Positions 1 through 14,980 are shown, numbered from the stretch's first letter. The stretch: 64,000 nucleotides of DNA from Azolla caroliniana (GCA_043228905.1 JBHGNT010000001.1:28644001-28708000), one strand, 5' to 3'. Translations and numbers: made by a program. Notes: a model not told the origin generated them from the sequence alone.

Positions 1-390
1 GAGTCTCCTGGATGCATGGTTGAAGGAGTTGATTGCCCATGCCCATGTGAATGGGGGCAAGTCATACTTTGTCTGTGGTGGCAGCTCTCTTATGCTCTAT
101 TATATATGACCGATACATCCTGTGGAGTAGATTGAGGTTCAATTAATTTGTGTAGCAATGCTCCAAAGAGTGATTGCCGATCAACTGGAAGCTGTTCTGT
201 GAAAGTTCATTTTTGTATAATAGGTTATACTTCATTCAAGCCATCGCTAGGACAAGTTGCGGTCGATTTATTTGATGTATTTTAAAATATTGTCCACTGA
301 TTAAATTGTGCTTTATTTAATTCTGTTACCTTATTGGAAGTTACTGTTGTTGGCTTTCTACAAGCTAACGATGTCATGTATGGTGGACAG

Positions 391-1313
391 GCATTGTTGT
401 CTCACGATTTATGGATCGTTTGTTATTGGAGGAATATTAGCAGGAGAAGTGAAAAAACGAAACCTTGTTCAGCTTTTGACCAGTGAGTTTTTGGAAAATG
501 ATTTTTTAATGATTCATCAATCCAAGGACTATAATTCTGTTACTTAAACTGTATAAATATGAGAGATCCCCTGTTTCTGTCCTGTGGTAATTATTTTCCA
601 ATGGTTGGGTTCATGTGAACAGCCTATTATGGAGTTGATCCCTCATTTTGGAAGCTTTTTCCTTATATTATTCAGGTAGAATTTTTGAAGAGTAAATGTG
701 CGAATAGGTTTTCTAACCTCTAGTTTGATTGTTTAAGTAGTCAAGCTATTTAATTTGACAGTGGCTGGCGGCCTTCTACAGTGAACAGCTGCTAATTTTA
801 CTGTTCTTGCTCGTGATATCCTTGCTCTTGATTGGTTTTCTAAGCTATCATTTGTATTTGATCATCACCAATACAACAACAAATGAGGTAACATACCTGT
901 GTGTGTATGTGTGGAGTAAAAATATCCCATAAAAATATTGTGTATGTCTACATTAACACTATTTAGCCTGACAAAGTATGTGTTTCATTAATTTACAGAC
1001 CTTTAAATGGGAGAATTACAAGAGGCATATGAACAATTCTGCTGTACAAAATCCTGTTGTCATGGATATGCAGAAGGTGAAGGCTAATAATACAGGCATA
1101 GCTGATGCTCCTAAAAGGTTCAAGTATACTTGCAACCTGATATCACTATTTACAAGAAAAAGTGATACCATGACCCTGTGCACTGAACCACTTAAACGAA
1201 CAAATGTGTATAACAAGGGCTTTATGGGTAATTTAGCTGAGGTCTTCTTTCCGCGGGCATGCAAATTGTGGTGCAAGGGATTTACATATTTTAATAAAGA
1301 TAAGAAATCATAG
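391..1313 (+). CDS. DHHC-type protein S-acyltransferase (PAT17/SWF1-like), last four exons; 5' part lies outside the window
   Basis: GT-AG exons ~391-482, 623-675, 762-887 and 999-1313 splice to HCCLTIYGSFVIGGILAGEVKKRNLVQLLTAYYGVDPSFWKLFPYIIQWLAAFYSEQLL...YHLYLIITNTTTNETFKW...NVYNKGFMGNLAEVFFP. This contains the TTxE and C-terminal NxYxxG..N..EV motifs of DHHC PATs. Confidence 0.88.
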
Positions 1314-3452
1314 ATAGCTTTTGGTTCTTAATTTTTGCTGTTTGGGATTGAAAATGTACCATTGAAATTTGCTTCAACTTAAACATGACTTCAATTGAAG
1401 TTCAACTTACACTCTTCACAACTTACACATGGAAATTTGCTTTGGAAAATGTAAGCTCTGAATACAATGACATTGTTGTCTCATTTTTTATTCAGGGTTG
1501 CTGTCTTATATATATATATATATGCTTGAAATTTCTTATCACGCACTTCATGAGCAATAAATCCATGAAATAACATTCCCTATGGCATCTTTCCCGATAG
1601 AATCTGGGCCTACAGAGTATATCCATGGAAGAGTCATTACCACATTAATCTCAATAGTACCTCAATTGTGTTAGCTTGATATGACAGATACTTGCTAGTA
1701 CTGGTGATATCCCCAAGAGTTGAGGGGAAAAAATGCAATTTAATCAATATGATGCAGCTCAAATAGTCCTAGTAATCTATGAAGGTTCCAACCAATAAAA
1801 GGATTAAGGTAGCAGATATTATCACAATATCAGGCAGTATAGATGTTATTATTGGAGGTGGATTATTGAAATGGTGGTTGCTCTAGGCTTCTTCCATATC
1901 TTCAGAATCTATATTTCAGGGGTTGTAGAAGAGATTCATCCAACGTGTATGTGAATTAGGTTGAATTATTGAGGAAATTTGAATGTTAATCTATCTCTAG
2001 ATGTATCCGAGACAAAACAAATTTCATTACCACAATGTACTGGCAGCCACAGACCTTCTAATAGACATAATCTATGGAGTAGCTGTCTCAATCATCTGAT
2101 GGAGATAAGCTATGGAATAGCTAGGAAATGGTATACTGAATAAACATTGCATACACAAGAAATCATAAAATGAGGGTATATGCATTCCTTATTTCTGCCT
2201 TTCTTTCCAATCCATGTTATATTTTCAAGGCTGATCTGTGATCATTGTCTGTTGATATTCATTTAACACAATTGGTGTATTCCATAGCATTCAGGCAATA
2301 AGAAAAGAATATTTGTAGGCTTCATACAATACTCACTGAGGTAAGGACAAGTGTCTTGAACTGTCCAACAAACATTCCCAAGAGTTTTTCATGTCTGATT
2401 CTCCCATGAATTTACATAGATTGGTGGTGGTGACTTCGTTTTAGGAAAAGCTTCATTTGCAATGCAATTTTTTGGTTCTGGATATCTTCTCTTATCCTAC
2501 TTACAAGCAGCAGATCACGAGTGAGCTCAGTAATTGGTCCCTGACTATTCCTTAATGTGCTTGAGTGAGCAATGGAACATTCCGTAATGTGCTTGAGTGA
2601 GCAATGGGTGCACACAAGTCATGTCACACATTGTGTCTGAAAATAAAAAACATTTTATGCACAGCAACAAAGTTGATCCTGACAGGAAACGCAAGAAGGG
2701 ATTTACAAAAAACTTTGAAGGGCTATGAACTAAGAATGTGAACCTAACACCAAGGAAGAGAATAGTCAATAAATCTCCATTGTACATTGTCTCCCAATCA
2801 AACATTGGGCATATCAAGGAAGAGGATATTTTCTGGAATCTACTCCAGCATTCTTCTATAATATATCTCTATTAAATTAAATGCACTTCAAACAGTTAAT
2901 CAACCATATTTCAAGAGAAACATATATAACTACGCTTTTTATTGATATTAATACTTGAAAGAGAATTACCCCAAGTTAACTGAAGACCAGCAAAAAACTT
3001 ATGACAATATTATCACCGATATAAATTATATCTGCTATTTCATTCCAAAATTTTAGCAAATAGCCTTTAGTGAAAAGAAATTTTGTAAAACTGTTAGTAT
3101 ACATTCTATAGTTTGTTTAAACGATCCAATATTTTACTATACATAAGCTTTTTGGCAAAGCAAGTGTTGCCGTTTTGTAAGGTTTTTTTTTTAAATGTAC
3201 ACTTCTATCATGTAGCTATTACTGTGTTTCAACTTACCCTAGGACCTCAAACTTTTGGTAGTGACCTGCCTTTGAAGTGCCAGAGAAACCGAAGATTGAC
3301 AATTTATTACATGCAGGGACACATCCATTTATCTTCAAGGTGTTGATCTCACATAGAAATTTGCAACCCATCTATCTGCAAGCTGTACTTCTATTTTATA
3401 TTAACATGCATTATCAACCCCTATGACGTTCCCAAATCCATCAGGATAGATA

Positions 3453-6400
3453 TTATACCATCTCCAGAACATTTATGTTCCCCACTGAATTAGCTGCCAC
3501 TAATATTTGAGACTTACGCTTCCAGCACACACTAGAAACAAACTGACCTCCGTTATCGTCAAGCTCCTGACCAGAAAATGGGTCAACATATCCAAATTTA
3601 TGTGAAAGCATGCTCATTGGCAGCGATTTGTGGTAGACAAAAACCTGATAATAGTGAACCAAAACATCAGAAGTCATTACTACAAATGAATCATTTTTTT
3701 ATTTATAAAACCAACCACAATAGAAATTAGCAATAAGAAAATGGAGAGTAAGAGATAGTAAGATTCTGTGGAAAACTGCATTACATATCAGATAGTTTCT
3801 TCTATCATCAATTTCATGGAAGATTCATGGAATTCTAGACCAGTATCCGAAGAAAGTGATAGAACTAAAACCAGCCAAGGGAATCTTGAGCATATATGAG
3901 GTTCAAAACCATAGTCCTTCAGTAACCAGCCCCACTATCTACAAAAAGAAACATCATTGTTCCGACTTCCTACAATCTCTTAAATAAGTACTGATGAAAT
4001 CTACAAGGCTCCCTGGCAGCAATAGCTAAAATGTAAAAGGTTGTGTATCATGTCGCGTATGAATGCAGCCACACAAAATCAAAGCAGCAGTACTAAATAT
4101 TGTTTTGGAAACAACGCCTCTGGTTTGGACAACTTTTAGAACTTATATATCAGCAAGGTTAAACAAAGGATACTACTGATAAATGCAAGCTCGACCACAG
4201 AAATTTCTTCGCAAAACCTCTTCTTACACATGGTTTCATTATTCAAGCCAAATATCACATGCCCTTCACTCATGGTAGAGCAGGCCCAAGCATCTTCTAA
4301 ATATGGAAACATGTCTCCTAGATTCGTAATCTGAGGAGCACTATATATGTCATTGTCTATCATGAGATCAGAGGAAGATGGCACTTGTCTTTTAGAGAAG
4401 GGTTTGACTATTGCTCATTTGAGTATTTCTGTTTCATCGTAGGTGTGGATTTTAACAAGTTCTCAATAATAAGGCATCCCTTATACAGTGGTCAAACTCG
4501 AAAGTCCTCAAGGAAAGGAATTTCTATAGGAAATGGTCGTCTTTCACAAATTGATAGTCATTTACAAAAAATTGAATGTTTTCAAATCGATTTCATAGCT
4601 ACTACAATAGCTATAAACCATTAAAATATAAATGGCTGAATGAAATATAGTCTTCAGTGACTTCAAGATGTGCTACAAACTGCAAGGTTATATATACTTC
4701 ATATCCTGCATTAAGCAGACTGCGCTATCATGTTCAACAAGATGAATACTAAAGTTCTTCGGCTCAACACGTTTCCAATAAGTGTGAGAAAGAAACCAGG
4801 CATAATACTGGATTAAAAGAACAAACAATGTACCTCATTTGTTTCTGATCCGCAGGCTATATAGCCTCCCTCTACAACTGAGAGTCCGACAAAATTCTGA
4901 GTTACAAGAAAACGTCTATCAGAATCAAAATTTAGGGGTTCAAACATATGAAGCAAGCACAAGAAGCAGGCATGGAAATAAGTTGTGGTTCCAGGAAATT
5001 GATCACCTTCAGATTGGTATGACCTGTGAATGTTTTAACACAGTCATTTCTTGATCCAACACTTGTGTTTGCTCGTGGGGCTTTTGTGGTCATTCTAGTG
5101 AAGTCCCAAAGTTTTAGTGTATTATCAGTAGAAGCAGATACAATAGTTTTGGAGTCCACAAATCGGATAAAAGAGACAGCTTTTTGATGGCCAGTCAAAG
5201 TGCAAAGTGGAACTCTGATGTGGCGAAGATCATAGCAATAAACTTGGCTATCTGCTGAACCGAAAGCCAATAAATTGCAATATTCTTCAGAAAACTTTAC
5301 ACTGCATATATTTGCTTTTGTCTTGATTGTTCCAATACTAGAACCCTGCAGTCACAATTCAAACTCCAATGACCCAAAAATTCTGTTACAAGATTTGCAA
5401 CATTACATTATTTGTTGATTACCTTTCAGGTTAGAATGGTAGTTATAATTTGTGTGCTACTAATGACTACCAATTACCTGATTCATACTCCAAAGTTTCA
5501 CAGAGCAATCGTCGCTCCCACTTGCTAGCCTTAAAGGATTGCTATGACAGAAATCTACAGACCAGGCACATTTGTTATGTTCTTCAAATGCCTTGATAGA
5601 TTGCCCAGCTGTAACATCCCACAGCTAGCAAAAAACACAAATGATTTAGTTTTCAGTAATAGAACAAAATTTATTTGGATAAAAAACACTGCACATGAGA
5701 ACACTAACATGAATAGCCCCCGCCAGATCACTGGATGCTAAATGATTCCTATGGAATTTGCTCCAACAAACGCAACTCAGTTTTCTCCTGCTAGTCATCT
5801 CAAATACAGGGTAATGCATGCCATCAGACTCACCCAGCAATCCATTGCATTCAAATATTTTTATTCTTCTGCAAACTCCTGCTGTTGCAAAGAAGTCATC
5901 ATCACAATCAAAGCTCAGGGAACACACCATATTTTTTGTGCTCAAAATGTCACCATACTGCAGTGTAGCCTTCACCTCAAATCTGCTGTACCTCATAAAG
6001 TTGCACAAATCTTCAAAAAAAACTCCTAAATGGTCTTCAGAGCTACTCTGCTCGGCTTTAGAGTTGTTGACTCTGTTGACCACCCTGGGTGTATTTGGTT
6101 TTTCTAAACATAATCTTTGCACTTTTGCATCTTGTCCTACATAGCTACTACATGGCGCATGTGAATGACTACTTCTGTTAATCATGGTGATATAAGTTTC
6201 TTTTAAATTGGAGAAATTTCTCATAACCTGAGTAGATTTTTGATGCAAGCATTCTTGCCTCTTATCCAAAGATCCTTTTCCACTATAAACATTAACTTTC
6301 TGTGTAGATTGCTTATTCACAAAATCTGTTCCACCTTTGTTGTTGGCCACATGCTGGAATATTTCATCATGCAATTGACTCTTCCTAAGACAAACCTGCC

Positions 6401-9400
6401 ACATTCCAACCTCTTTGATGTCATTGTTTAAAATTTGAAGTTCTTGAACAAGCTTCTGAGTAGTGATATGTTTTTCTTGCTGCATTTGGAGTAAAAAGTC
6501 CAGCGTAACTTCTGTCTCCATTACTTCCTTTTCAAGAGTCATAATAGCCTCTCGCTCTACCAGCTTATCCTCTATGTCACTGAAAACATCTGCATGCAAA
6601 ATCTCCCTGTTGAAGAGACCGTCATGATAATAAGGACTTTGTAATTGCAAAAAATGCAGGAAGGTTACTACTAAATACGTAGTTTAATTCTAGATCTATT
6701 ATACAATTTGAAACATTGTTCTATAAAACATTTGGAAACTCTGAATGCCTTTATATGTGTAGACAAGGAACTTGAAAGAAACACATCCACAGACCCTCCA
6801 TGCTTAGCCAATCTTCTGTAAAATGATCACATTGAAAGCTAATGTTACGAAATAAAGAATGGTAGGAGAGGCTATGACAATAAAGCCCCATCAAATCTGA
6901 CTCTAAAATAGATCTGCAGCCCCAACGATGAAGGACGTCCTGACACAGGTCAAACAAAAGACTCATAAAGGGATCTCATCAGACTACCTATGGTGTGAAG
7001 CATATCCATGTCCTATGTAGGGGGCATAGCTCTGCAGCCTCTATAATGGAGGACGTCCTGACACTGGTTAAATGAAAGAACCTCCTAAAGGGATCTCATC
7101 AGACTACCTATGGTGTGAGCATATCATAGCATAAAGCATTGTGTGAAATGTGCCTGACTATCTCCAGGTTCCCATTTCGAATGGTCTACTTATCATCATT
7201 TCTTGATCTGATCCCAAGCAACCCTTGAATGTTTGGGCTTATAATTCTATTCTCTAGGTATTACGGCAGGAAAAACCAGTGATTTGACATTTAATAGTAT
7301 TGTTTCTGATTTATGCGGATGTTCGGCATATTCTCAGTGGAGACTACAAAAGCTTTTAGATACAGTTCATTCTTTCTGTTGACAAAGTAGCATAACGGTC
7401 AAAGTGGCCATAGCCAGAGTCAAATCTGAAACTCGGTAGCCAGTAGAGCCATATGAAAATGACGCAACAGCAGTGGTTCATAGTTTCAAATACCGCGGAA
7501 TTGACATTCCTAGTCAACATGCTTGGAACAGCTTTTTTAACTAGGAGAAAGGGAGCCAGCACAGACCAATGCTATGAATTTGAGAACATGTGCTGCTTGA
7601 GTACAATCCGAAAATAGGATATTAGCACAAAAGTATTTGACATGTTTGGTGTGAATTCTTGAGGTTTGGGGTGGCAGCATTTCAGTGAGCTATGGAATGA
7701 AATACAGAAAAGAAATTTCTACACCATCATTTAGAGATTCTTAGCGGAGACTGCAAAGGCTTTTAGATAAAGTAGAAACTAGAAGAATCTCAATCATGTT
7801 TTATGCCCTTCAAAACATTACGCATACATATTGGAAGTAAGGAAATGCCTTGAAATCCATAAATATATAGCAGTTAGCTACATTCCACCTACTTCCAACA
7901 CATACCGAGCTTTTATGTTATACGAAGGAATCTTCACATTCTTGCTATTTGTGCATTATATAATAGTTCGCTACATTCCACCTACTTCCAACACATACCA
8001 AACATTTATGTTTAACTAAGGAATCTTCATATTCTTGCTATTTGTGCATTATATAATAGTTCGCTACATTCCACCTACTTCCAACACATACCAAACATTT
8101 ATGTTTAACTAAGGAATCTTCACATTCTTGCTATCTATGTCTCAACTGATATATAGCAGCAGCATATATATCCATTGGTCTTTTCTTTGCAAACCATGTT
8201 CATGAGTTTTCATCTCACATCATGGTTTCCCACAAGCAATATAATGCATTCCAGAAAAGTGTGTACAGTGTCTGCGTACTGCAACAAAAAGGAATTTGGT
8301 ATGTGTATAGAGAATGAAATGCATGCACTAAGATAGAAACACAAAATAAGAAAAGCTTCATGGATATATGAGACAAACCTAGCTCCGGGCCTCTCATTTG
8401 GATTTGGATGTAATAATAGAAGACAAAATGATGCTTCTTTGGGATGTTCAAAGAGAAATTTAGGAGGAAGAAGACGATGTCGCAGGTCGGACATAGCATT
8501 GGACCACTCTCCCTCGGATTCGTAGCTAAAGAACAACTGCAAACAACAAATAAATTTGCAGACTTAGATGCTAACCCTGGATAGGGGAGAGTATTAAGAA
8601 CCATGGCCACAAAGCAAACTGAATGTCACGCTTGAAAAGGAAAAGGAAAAGAAAATAGAAATGCAAATGCAATTACCTCAAAAAAAAGCACACCCAAACT
8701 ATAAATGTCTGAAGAAAAACCTGTTGTCATTCCACTCAGCTCCTCGGGACTTTTGTACCATATTAGCTCCATAGATAATATTTGCTTCAAGGGAAATTTT
8801 ACACCCTTGACATTACAGCTTCTATCAGAGCAGGAAGCAGAAGTTTTATCTCCTTCATCTTTTTCATGCTTCTCATGAAACTGTGATGTGGCTTCTGTGA
8901 TTCCACGATAAGAATTCACAATGTGCTCGGTGATAGCATTCCCGTTTTCCTCATTTGTGACATTTACGTCAGTGCTCTCTTGTTTATCTGTATACGTTAC
9001 TTCTATCTCACACGCAATATTGGCCTGAGAGATCAAAGATTCTCTTTGTGGTTTGTTGTCAGTGAATTCCTGCTGTGATTCTCGTTTTCCTTTCCGTATA
9101 TCTGATCCAGTTGGTTCAGTTCCTGCTGGTGTACCTCCTATCATTGCATCTCTGCCAGTTGACTCTTCTGATGACCTTGAGCTTGAGCTTGTGCTGCCCG
9201 AACTGGCTGATTCTATAATGGAGACTCGGTTCAACGAAGAGAGTAGGAAAGATGAAGGGCGGATATTGCGGAGGACAACCCCCTGAGAGTGAGCAAGTTC
9301 AACAAACTCAGCAATTTGCTTGAAAATATGAATATTTTCAACGATGTCTATAACTCTGCTGGGATTGCTAAGCCATTTCCGAAGGGAAATACTAGGGTTC

Positions 9401-10020
9401 TGCTCTGCATATCTATTGCCATCAATAGCTGCCTGCCTAACTATATTTACTCCTGTAATTGATGGAGCTTTTGCTTTCTCCAGTGATCGAAGTTCTTCTT
9501 GTGAAGTGAAATTTGTCTTTTCATCAACATCAAGTTCTGAGGCTAATCCACCCCTTTCCATCCCCGGAGAAGGAGACACGTGATTTGTAGCAAATGCAGA
9601 GATTTTCAAATTATGGTCAATACAATCTACAGGGGTACGCATCAGCTGGTTTGTCTTCCTTCCATCTGGATGCTCACTTGTTCTCCCTATGCTTGATTCC
9701 AAAATTCTGTGACTATGTTCCGCCGCATTTATGATTCCACCCTCTACATCCCATATTGAACTGCATGCATCTCCCCACACCTTAATGTGTTCAGGAGGCT
9801 TTGGAGCAGAAGCAGATTCTAGTTAAAATGTTGTGTATAGTTCATGGTGTGTTATCTACATGTCCTGTGTACAAGTAATTTGGCCGTATATATCAGGTTG
9901 GTTGCGTGAACTTTAAAGGTCCATAATCTCATAAATGTGAAGGAAAGAGTGGCTTGTACTAGAGAAGCAGACAGAACCTGACCAGATACTGCCAAATAAA
10001 GATGAAATTTTTGTGCTCAT
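3453..10020 (-). CDS. SPA: SUPPRESSOR OF PHYA-105 (SPA) family protein: kinase-like, coiled-coil and WD40 domains
   Basis: Exons ~10020-9978 (inferred), 9818-8677, 8536-8379, 6606-5709, 5624-5478, 5345-5007, 4896-4834 and 3644-3453. Motifs include [96 protein letters not shown] and [23 protein letters not shown]. The start codon is uncertain. Confidence 0.93.
6928..7125. repeat. Imperfect ~80-bp direct repeat (2 copies) in a SPA intron
   Basis: aggacgtcctgacac...taaagggatctcatcagactacctatggtgtga at ~6928-7007 and ~7046-7125. Confidence 0.8.
7868..8132. repeat. ~76-bp tandem repeat, about 3.5 copies, in a SPA intron
   Basis: Unit gctacattccacctacttccaacacatacc...aaggaatcttcacattcttgctatttgtgcattatataatagttc is repeated. 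Confidence 0.9.
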
Positions 10021-11179
10021 CTAACGAGGCCATCGAGAGCATTGCAGATAACATGGCGGAATATGCCACGGCCATCTAATAAATACTCTCTGCATATAGA
10101 AACAAAACGATATAAGAAGGGTTATATATTTCAAGTACTAACCATGAGCTTTCACAAATCAAACTTCACCATGTTGGATAAACTGGATGCCTTTTTAGAG
10201 GAATGAAGCTGCTAGAAGTTCACACAGAAAGAGTGTGATACAGAGAGTGCCAAGTGCCATCCTCATCGATCCTTCCTGCTCTACACTTTCTTCCAATTGC
10301 ATCAAGTATAGCATCGAGAGCACAGTGCAATCACAGAATTTGTACATGTGACTTGGGGTTGAGGAGGAGCATTCCTGATGTGTAGAAGATTCGCGACTGT
10401 GAAAGCGGTGTTAAAATAAAAGTGAGAGTTTTTGAGGATGCAGGTGTAGACTGGTGCACACTTGAAATAAATTTTGCTACAAAACTCACCTGATTCACGA
10501 AGACCATTAGACTAAGAATCCACTGTACTGGAGCTGCGAAGAATGGAGGAATAGCTGGGGATTGGTCAGGATGTAAAGAGAAAAAATTCACGATGATGAT
10601 GTATTATAAATGATGAAATGTGCGTGATGAAGGAGTGATCGTTGAGAATGTGTGACATAAGTCACAAGCTCTGGTCCAAGCTCACTGTAGAACTGTTTCG
10701 AGCTGTAAATGACAGGAGGAGCCATGGATAGACAGAAGCGCATGAAAAGGAAAAGATCAAGAAGGAGGAGGAGGAGGACAATGATGGGAATGGATGTAGA
10801 CGTGTTCGAATACTGAATCAAAAATATAAAAAGCGAAGCTCACCTGAGTCAGAAGCCATGCCAGGTGCATGGATGGTGGATCCGGCACATCGTGGAGAAG
10901 CAGAGGAATGACACGATAATAATAGATAGGCGTAGATGGGATTCTTGGATATGAAAAGCTGTGGAGAGGAGGCAATGGCGACAGATGGGAAGGTGCGTGT
11001 GTGAAGATAAAGAAAGGGAGGGAAGGGTGGATGGATGGATGGAAGGTAAGAAGGACGCAGAAAGCGGTGGAACTAGTGAGAATAATTTCCCTTTGGCACA
11101 GAAAGCTGAGGGTGGAGGTAGGATATGGCGTCTGGAAGGTCGACCCTCTGGGTAGACTTGGCGGCAGCGAGAAGCAGCA

Positions 11180-11282
11180 GCAGAAGAAGAAGAAGAAGAA
11201 GAAGAAAGGGAAGCAGAAGTAAGAGTGGATTCAAAACACACACACATTACACAGAGCGATCTGAGACCACACAACGATATGA

Positions 11283-11334
<52 letters not shown>

Positions 11335-11449
11335 TGTTTGTATGTGAGAGAGAGAGAGAGAGAGAGAATGTGTGTGTCTGTGTGTGAGAGAGAGAGAGAA
11401 AATGTGTGTGTGTGTGAGAGAGAGAGAGAGTGTGTGTATGTGTGTGTAT

Positions 11450-11482
<33 letters not shown>

Positions 11483-11655
11483 AGAATGTGTGTGTGTGTG
11501 GAGAGGAGAGAGTGTGTGTACCCTCGTGGGTGCCATTCCCACACGCACGGGCGCATAAACACACGCACGGGCTCTCTCTCTCTCTCTCTCTTTTTTTTTT
11601 CTCATTCATGAGCCAGCAATCGACGATACGCTTTCAGCCTCGTCGGCCCCACGTC

Positions 11656-11719
<64 letters not shown>

Positions 11720-11720
11720 A
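11180..11720. repeat. Compound microsatellite field (GAA)n, (GT)n/(GA)n and (CT)n in the SPA leader/promoter region
   Basis: Directly visible; it produces the spurious low-complexity ORFs in the track. Confidence 0.95.
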
Positions 11721-13848
11721 ATGAACAGGTAAATACCCCATTTATGGGTAAATACCCCATTTTTATTGTAAACCAATTGTCTCATGGGCCAATTTTGGTC
11801 TTAGAAGACGTTAATATATATCTTTCTTCATTCTCAGGAGATTTGCCACTCCGTCACAAACATGTCGTGTCCACCCTCGCATAGAGAGAGAGAGAGAGAG
11901 GGCAGGATGGAAGGAGGGGAGGAGTGTGTGCCCACCAACTTTATCTATCCCCCTCTCCAGTTTTTTGTCCCCTTTTTCTCCTTCACACAAAAGCAATCAC
12001 CATTCGACGCTTCATTTTCCTTTGTATCAAAAAAAAAACAAAAAAACACTGAGACCTAATTTTCATTCTGTCCAACGCAATACATCCTATCTATATATAC
12101 ATACTTACATACACATGTGTGTGTGATGTATATGCATCCCCGTTTTTGTTTCTATATGGTAGCTTTAAACCCAATCAATAAATAAATAAACACCCCCCAT
12201 TTTTATTACTGTAATACTGTGTCACACATCTCTACGAAACTCTCGACTGACTGCCACGTATATACTTGGAATCACAATAAAGTTTGTGCGGCATTATGCA
12301 TACGCACCCGTTCGCCTTTTCTCCCTTGATTTAATCCTCCCGGATCAACCCACTCATTAACTTGATAATTAATTAGAATTTTGTCGATTGGCTAACGTAC
12401 ATCATCGTATTCTTTTGACCTATGATGAACATAGCACGAGTAAATTGACCTATGTGTTGGGTAATTCGAGGATTATTTCCAAAAGGAGTCCCTTGTGATC
12501 CATGAACATCACTAAAGCTCGGGGTGCGTGAGATCATTTTATAATTATCATGCACTCTTTGGATCAATTATGCTAGAAGTGCTCACTAGTGGAACAATTA
12601 TGCTAGAAGTGTTCGAGTTTTTACTTGGGAAAAATTCACCCTCATGTATGAGAAAATACATAGGATAAAGTTAAGGATTTCTCAAAAAAGGAATGTATGG
12701 TACACATATCACAACTTGTAGCGAAGAATTCAAAGTTTATGATGTTACCAACGATATACATGGCAACCATATTTTGGGCCACATAACTTCAAATGCATAT
12801 TACCATTAATGGACATTGTGTTTATATTTGATCAATGTTGAACTACGAACTATTTTCTCAATGGTTTGTTGGTTACGAACTTTGCATTGATGGAGGAACA
12901 AAATGCACACACATGTGTGGTTTCCATAATGAGCATAAGTCAAGGTCACTCAAATGAATCTGACATCATATTCAAAACCACAATCTCATAGGTGCAAAGC
13001 ACACCAATTTATTGAGGTAACCTTGCGAATAAGAAGTCATACTTTATTCGATGAATTTGTCAAGGATCTTTACAAACCCCTTTGTCTAGATTGCAAATTA
13101 ACATGAAATCTCTTGTGGTGTGAACTATTGGTATGATGTTTCTTATTTGGCATTGCCATGTGTGAAATGACAAGGTCCAAGCAACTTTCATACTTGCAAC
13201 ACGACCAATAGATGCTCATGTCATCTATTAAATGAACTCATTCAATCATAAACGTACTTTGAACAAGTATTTAGATAGGTAAAGTGATTATTCGGGTTCA
13301 TGTCTCAATCTTTGTGAATAACATGTTCTTGTGCAACAAACATGGCATAACATAATCAAACTCCATCCATTAGAAAATGTAAGTTGATGACGCAACGAGC
13401 AATCATCATCATCATGTCAACAATGTATGCAATCCTAAACTCAAAACTAATTTTGTCTAATTTTGTAGTTGGGGGGAGGTAGGGGGCTTGAAATTTGGAT
13501 ACGGGGACTTGATACACAACACCCATTTAGATTATTTATTAATCACCGTACATTCTTGTTCATTGATTTTCTGATGCATATGAGGCGATGCATACATGCA
13601 TCGCCATGTATGTGTGTATGTATAGTTTTTATTGGAGGAGACAGTGATGCATGTAGGACAATAGGTATGTGCACTGACATTTCCCTTTCATGACATATAT
13701 ATATATGTGTATATATATACATTGAGAAAGGAAGGGTAAGGCATGAGAGAACATAACTCTACATCATTGATGTGGTGCATATAACAATCATATCTTCATT
13801 TGAAAATTGAGCAAAGTACGTGAATGATGGTAGTAACATAGCATGGAC

Positions 13849-14834
13849 TCAAACAGACATAAAAGTGAGCATTGAGATGAGCAACAACGAGATGGACATG
13901 GTCATGAATGCAATGTTGGTCTCAACAAGGTGGGGTGCATCATTTGCATCTTCATAACTTGGGGGTGGAATGTTGGTGTTGGTGTTGGTGTTGTCGTTGG
14001 CAGGGGAGGGGCTTATGGAAGAGTTGGTGGGTTGTGAGGATCGGAGGGGATGTTTCCGTACATGAACTGCAAGTCTTTGTCCTAATCGACAATGCAAAGC
14101 TATACCACTTAAGAAGTAGAATGTGCCCGCCCTATTTAGAGTGAAGTTACTTGCTCCATCATCATACGTTACAAGGGGGTTTGTTGAGTTACATCTCTCG
14201 TAATCAAGCCTAGACACCATCATGACATTGTTATAGTCTCTGTCATAGTTGAAATCTACACAATACATCAAAAGAATTCAATGATATTAGTTTGGAGTGC
14301 ATTGTTGCATCTTTTCTCAGATGCAACCTTTCATTCAACCAATGGATGAAAGTTTGAAGGTATGTCGTATATGTAATGCAACCTCAGTCCTTCAACCAAA
14401 TGAATGAATTTACGAAAGGTCGAGGTTATGTCATATATGTGACAGAACCTCAGTCCTTAAACCAAATGAATGAAATGTTAAGGGTATGTCACATATGTAA
14501 TGGAATGTCCGGAAGAACGATGAGACCAAGCAATGAAATGGATTGAAAATAAAATTGTGCTATGTGTGTGCTACATTAGATCGAATGAGATGAAAAAAAA
14601 CATACAAAGGATGTCGCCGATAACGAATGTGTGGGAGTTAGCCCAGGTGGTGTAGTTGATGTTGTTGGCAGGGGTGGGTAGGGTCCAGCCGGCCGTCCCG
14701 CCCACATTGAACACGGACACGGATGCATGTTCCCGCTCCGGGACTGCACCCCCGCGGCTACTGCATAAGTGACCCACCATGAGAGCTAGTACCATCATCA
14801 TCACTGACATTGTCACATTAACTACCCTCATCAT
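13849..14834 (-). CDS. Early nodulin-like (ENODL) phytocyanin, probably secreted and GPI-anchored
   Basis: Exons 14834-14606 and 14255-13849. Signal peptide, then FNVGGTAGW..YTTWANSHTFVIGDILYFNY..NNVMMV..DYERCN..FYFLSGIALHCRLGQRLAVHV, a Ser/Pro/Asn-rich linker and a hydrophobic C-terminus. The copper ligands His (NNV) and Cys (FLSG) are substituted, as in ENODLs. Confidence 0.9.
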
Positions 14835-14949
14835 CGCCCACACAAGTACCCCACACAAACAAACAAACACACACTCACACCAACACAACTAAACCACAAA
14901 CCCTAATTAATAGAAGGAATCAGCCACGCTCTGTGCTCCCCTGCCACTC

Positions 14950-14980
<31 letters not shown>

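Noticed and set aside
7868-8132. Possible CRISPR-like array
   Set aside because: Whole units repeat with no unique spacers, and it lies in a eukaryotic intron
10849-11724. Long overlapping ORFs (up to 239 aa) on both strands
   Set aside because: They are translations of GA/GT/CT microsatellites with no protein-like content
12370-13440. Possible decayed transposon upstream of SPA
   Set aside because: No recognisable motifs or termini by eye
14926-14945. miR408-like site (GGCAGGGGAGCACAGAGCGT) in the phytocyanin leader
   Set aside because: It needs a gap and about four mismatches, including central positions, so at best it is an eroded relic
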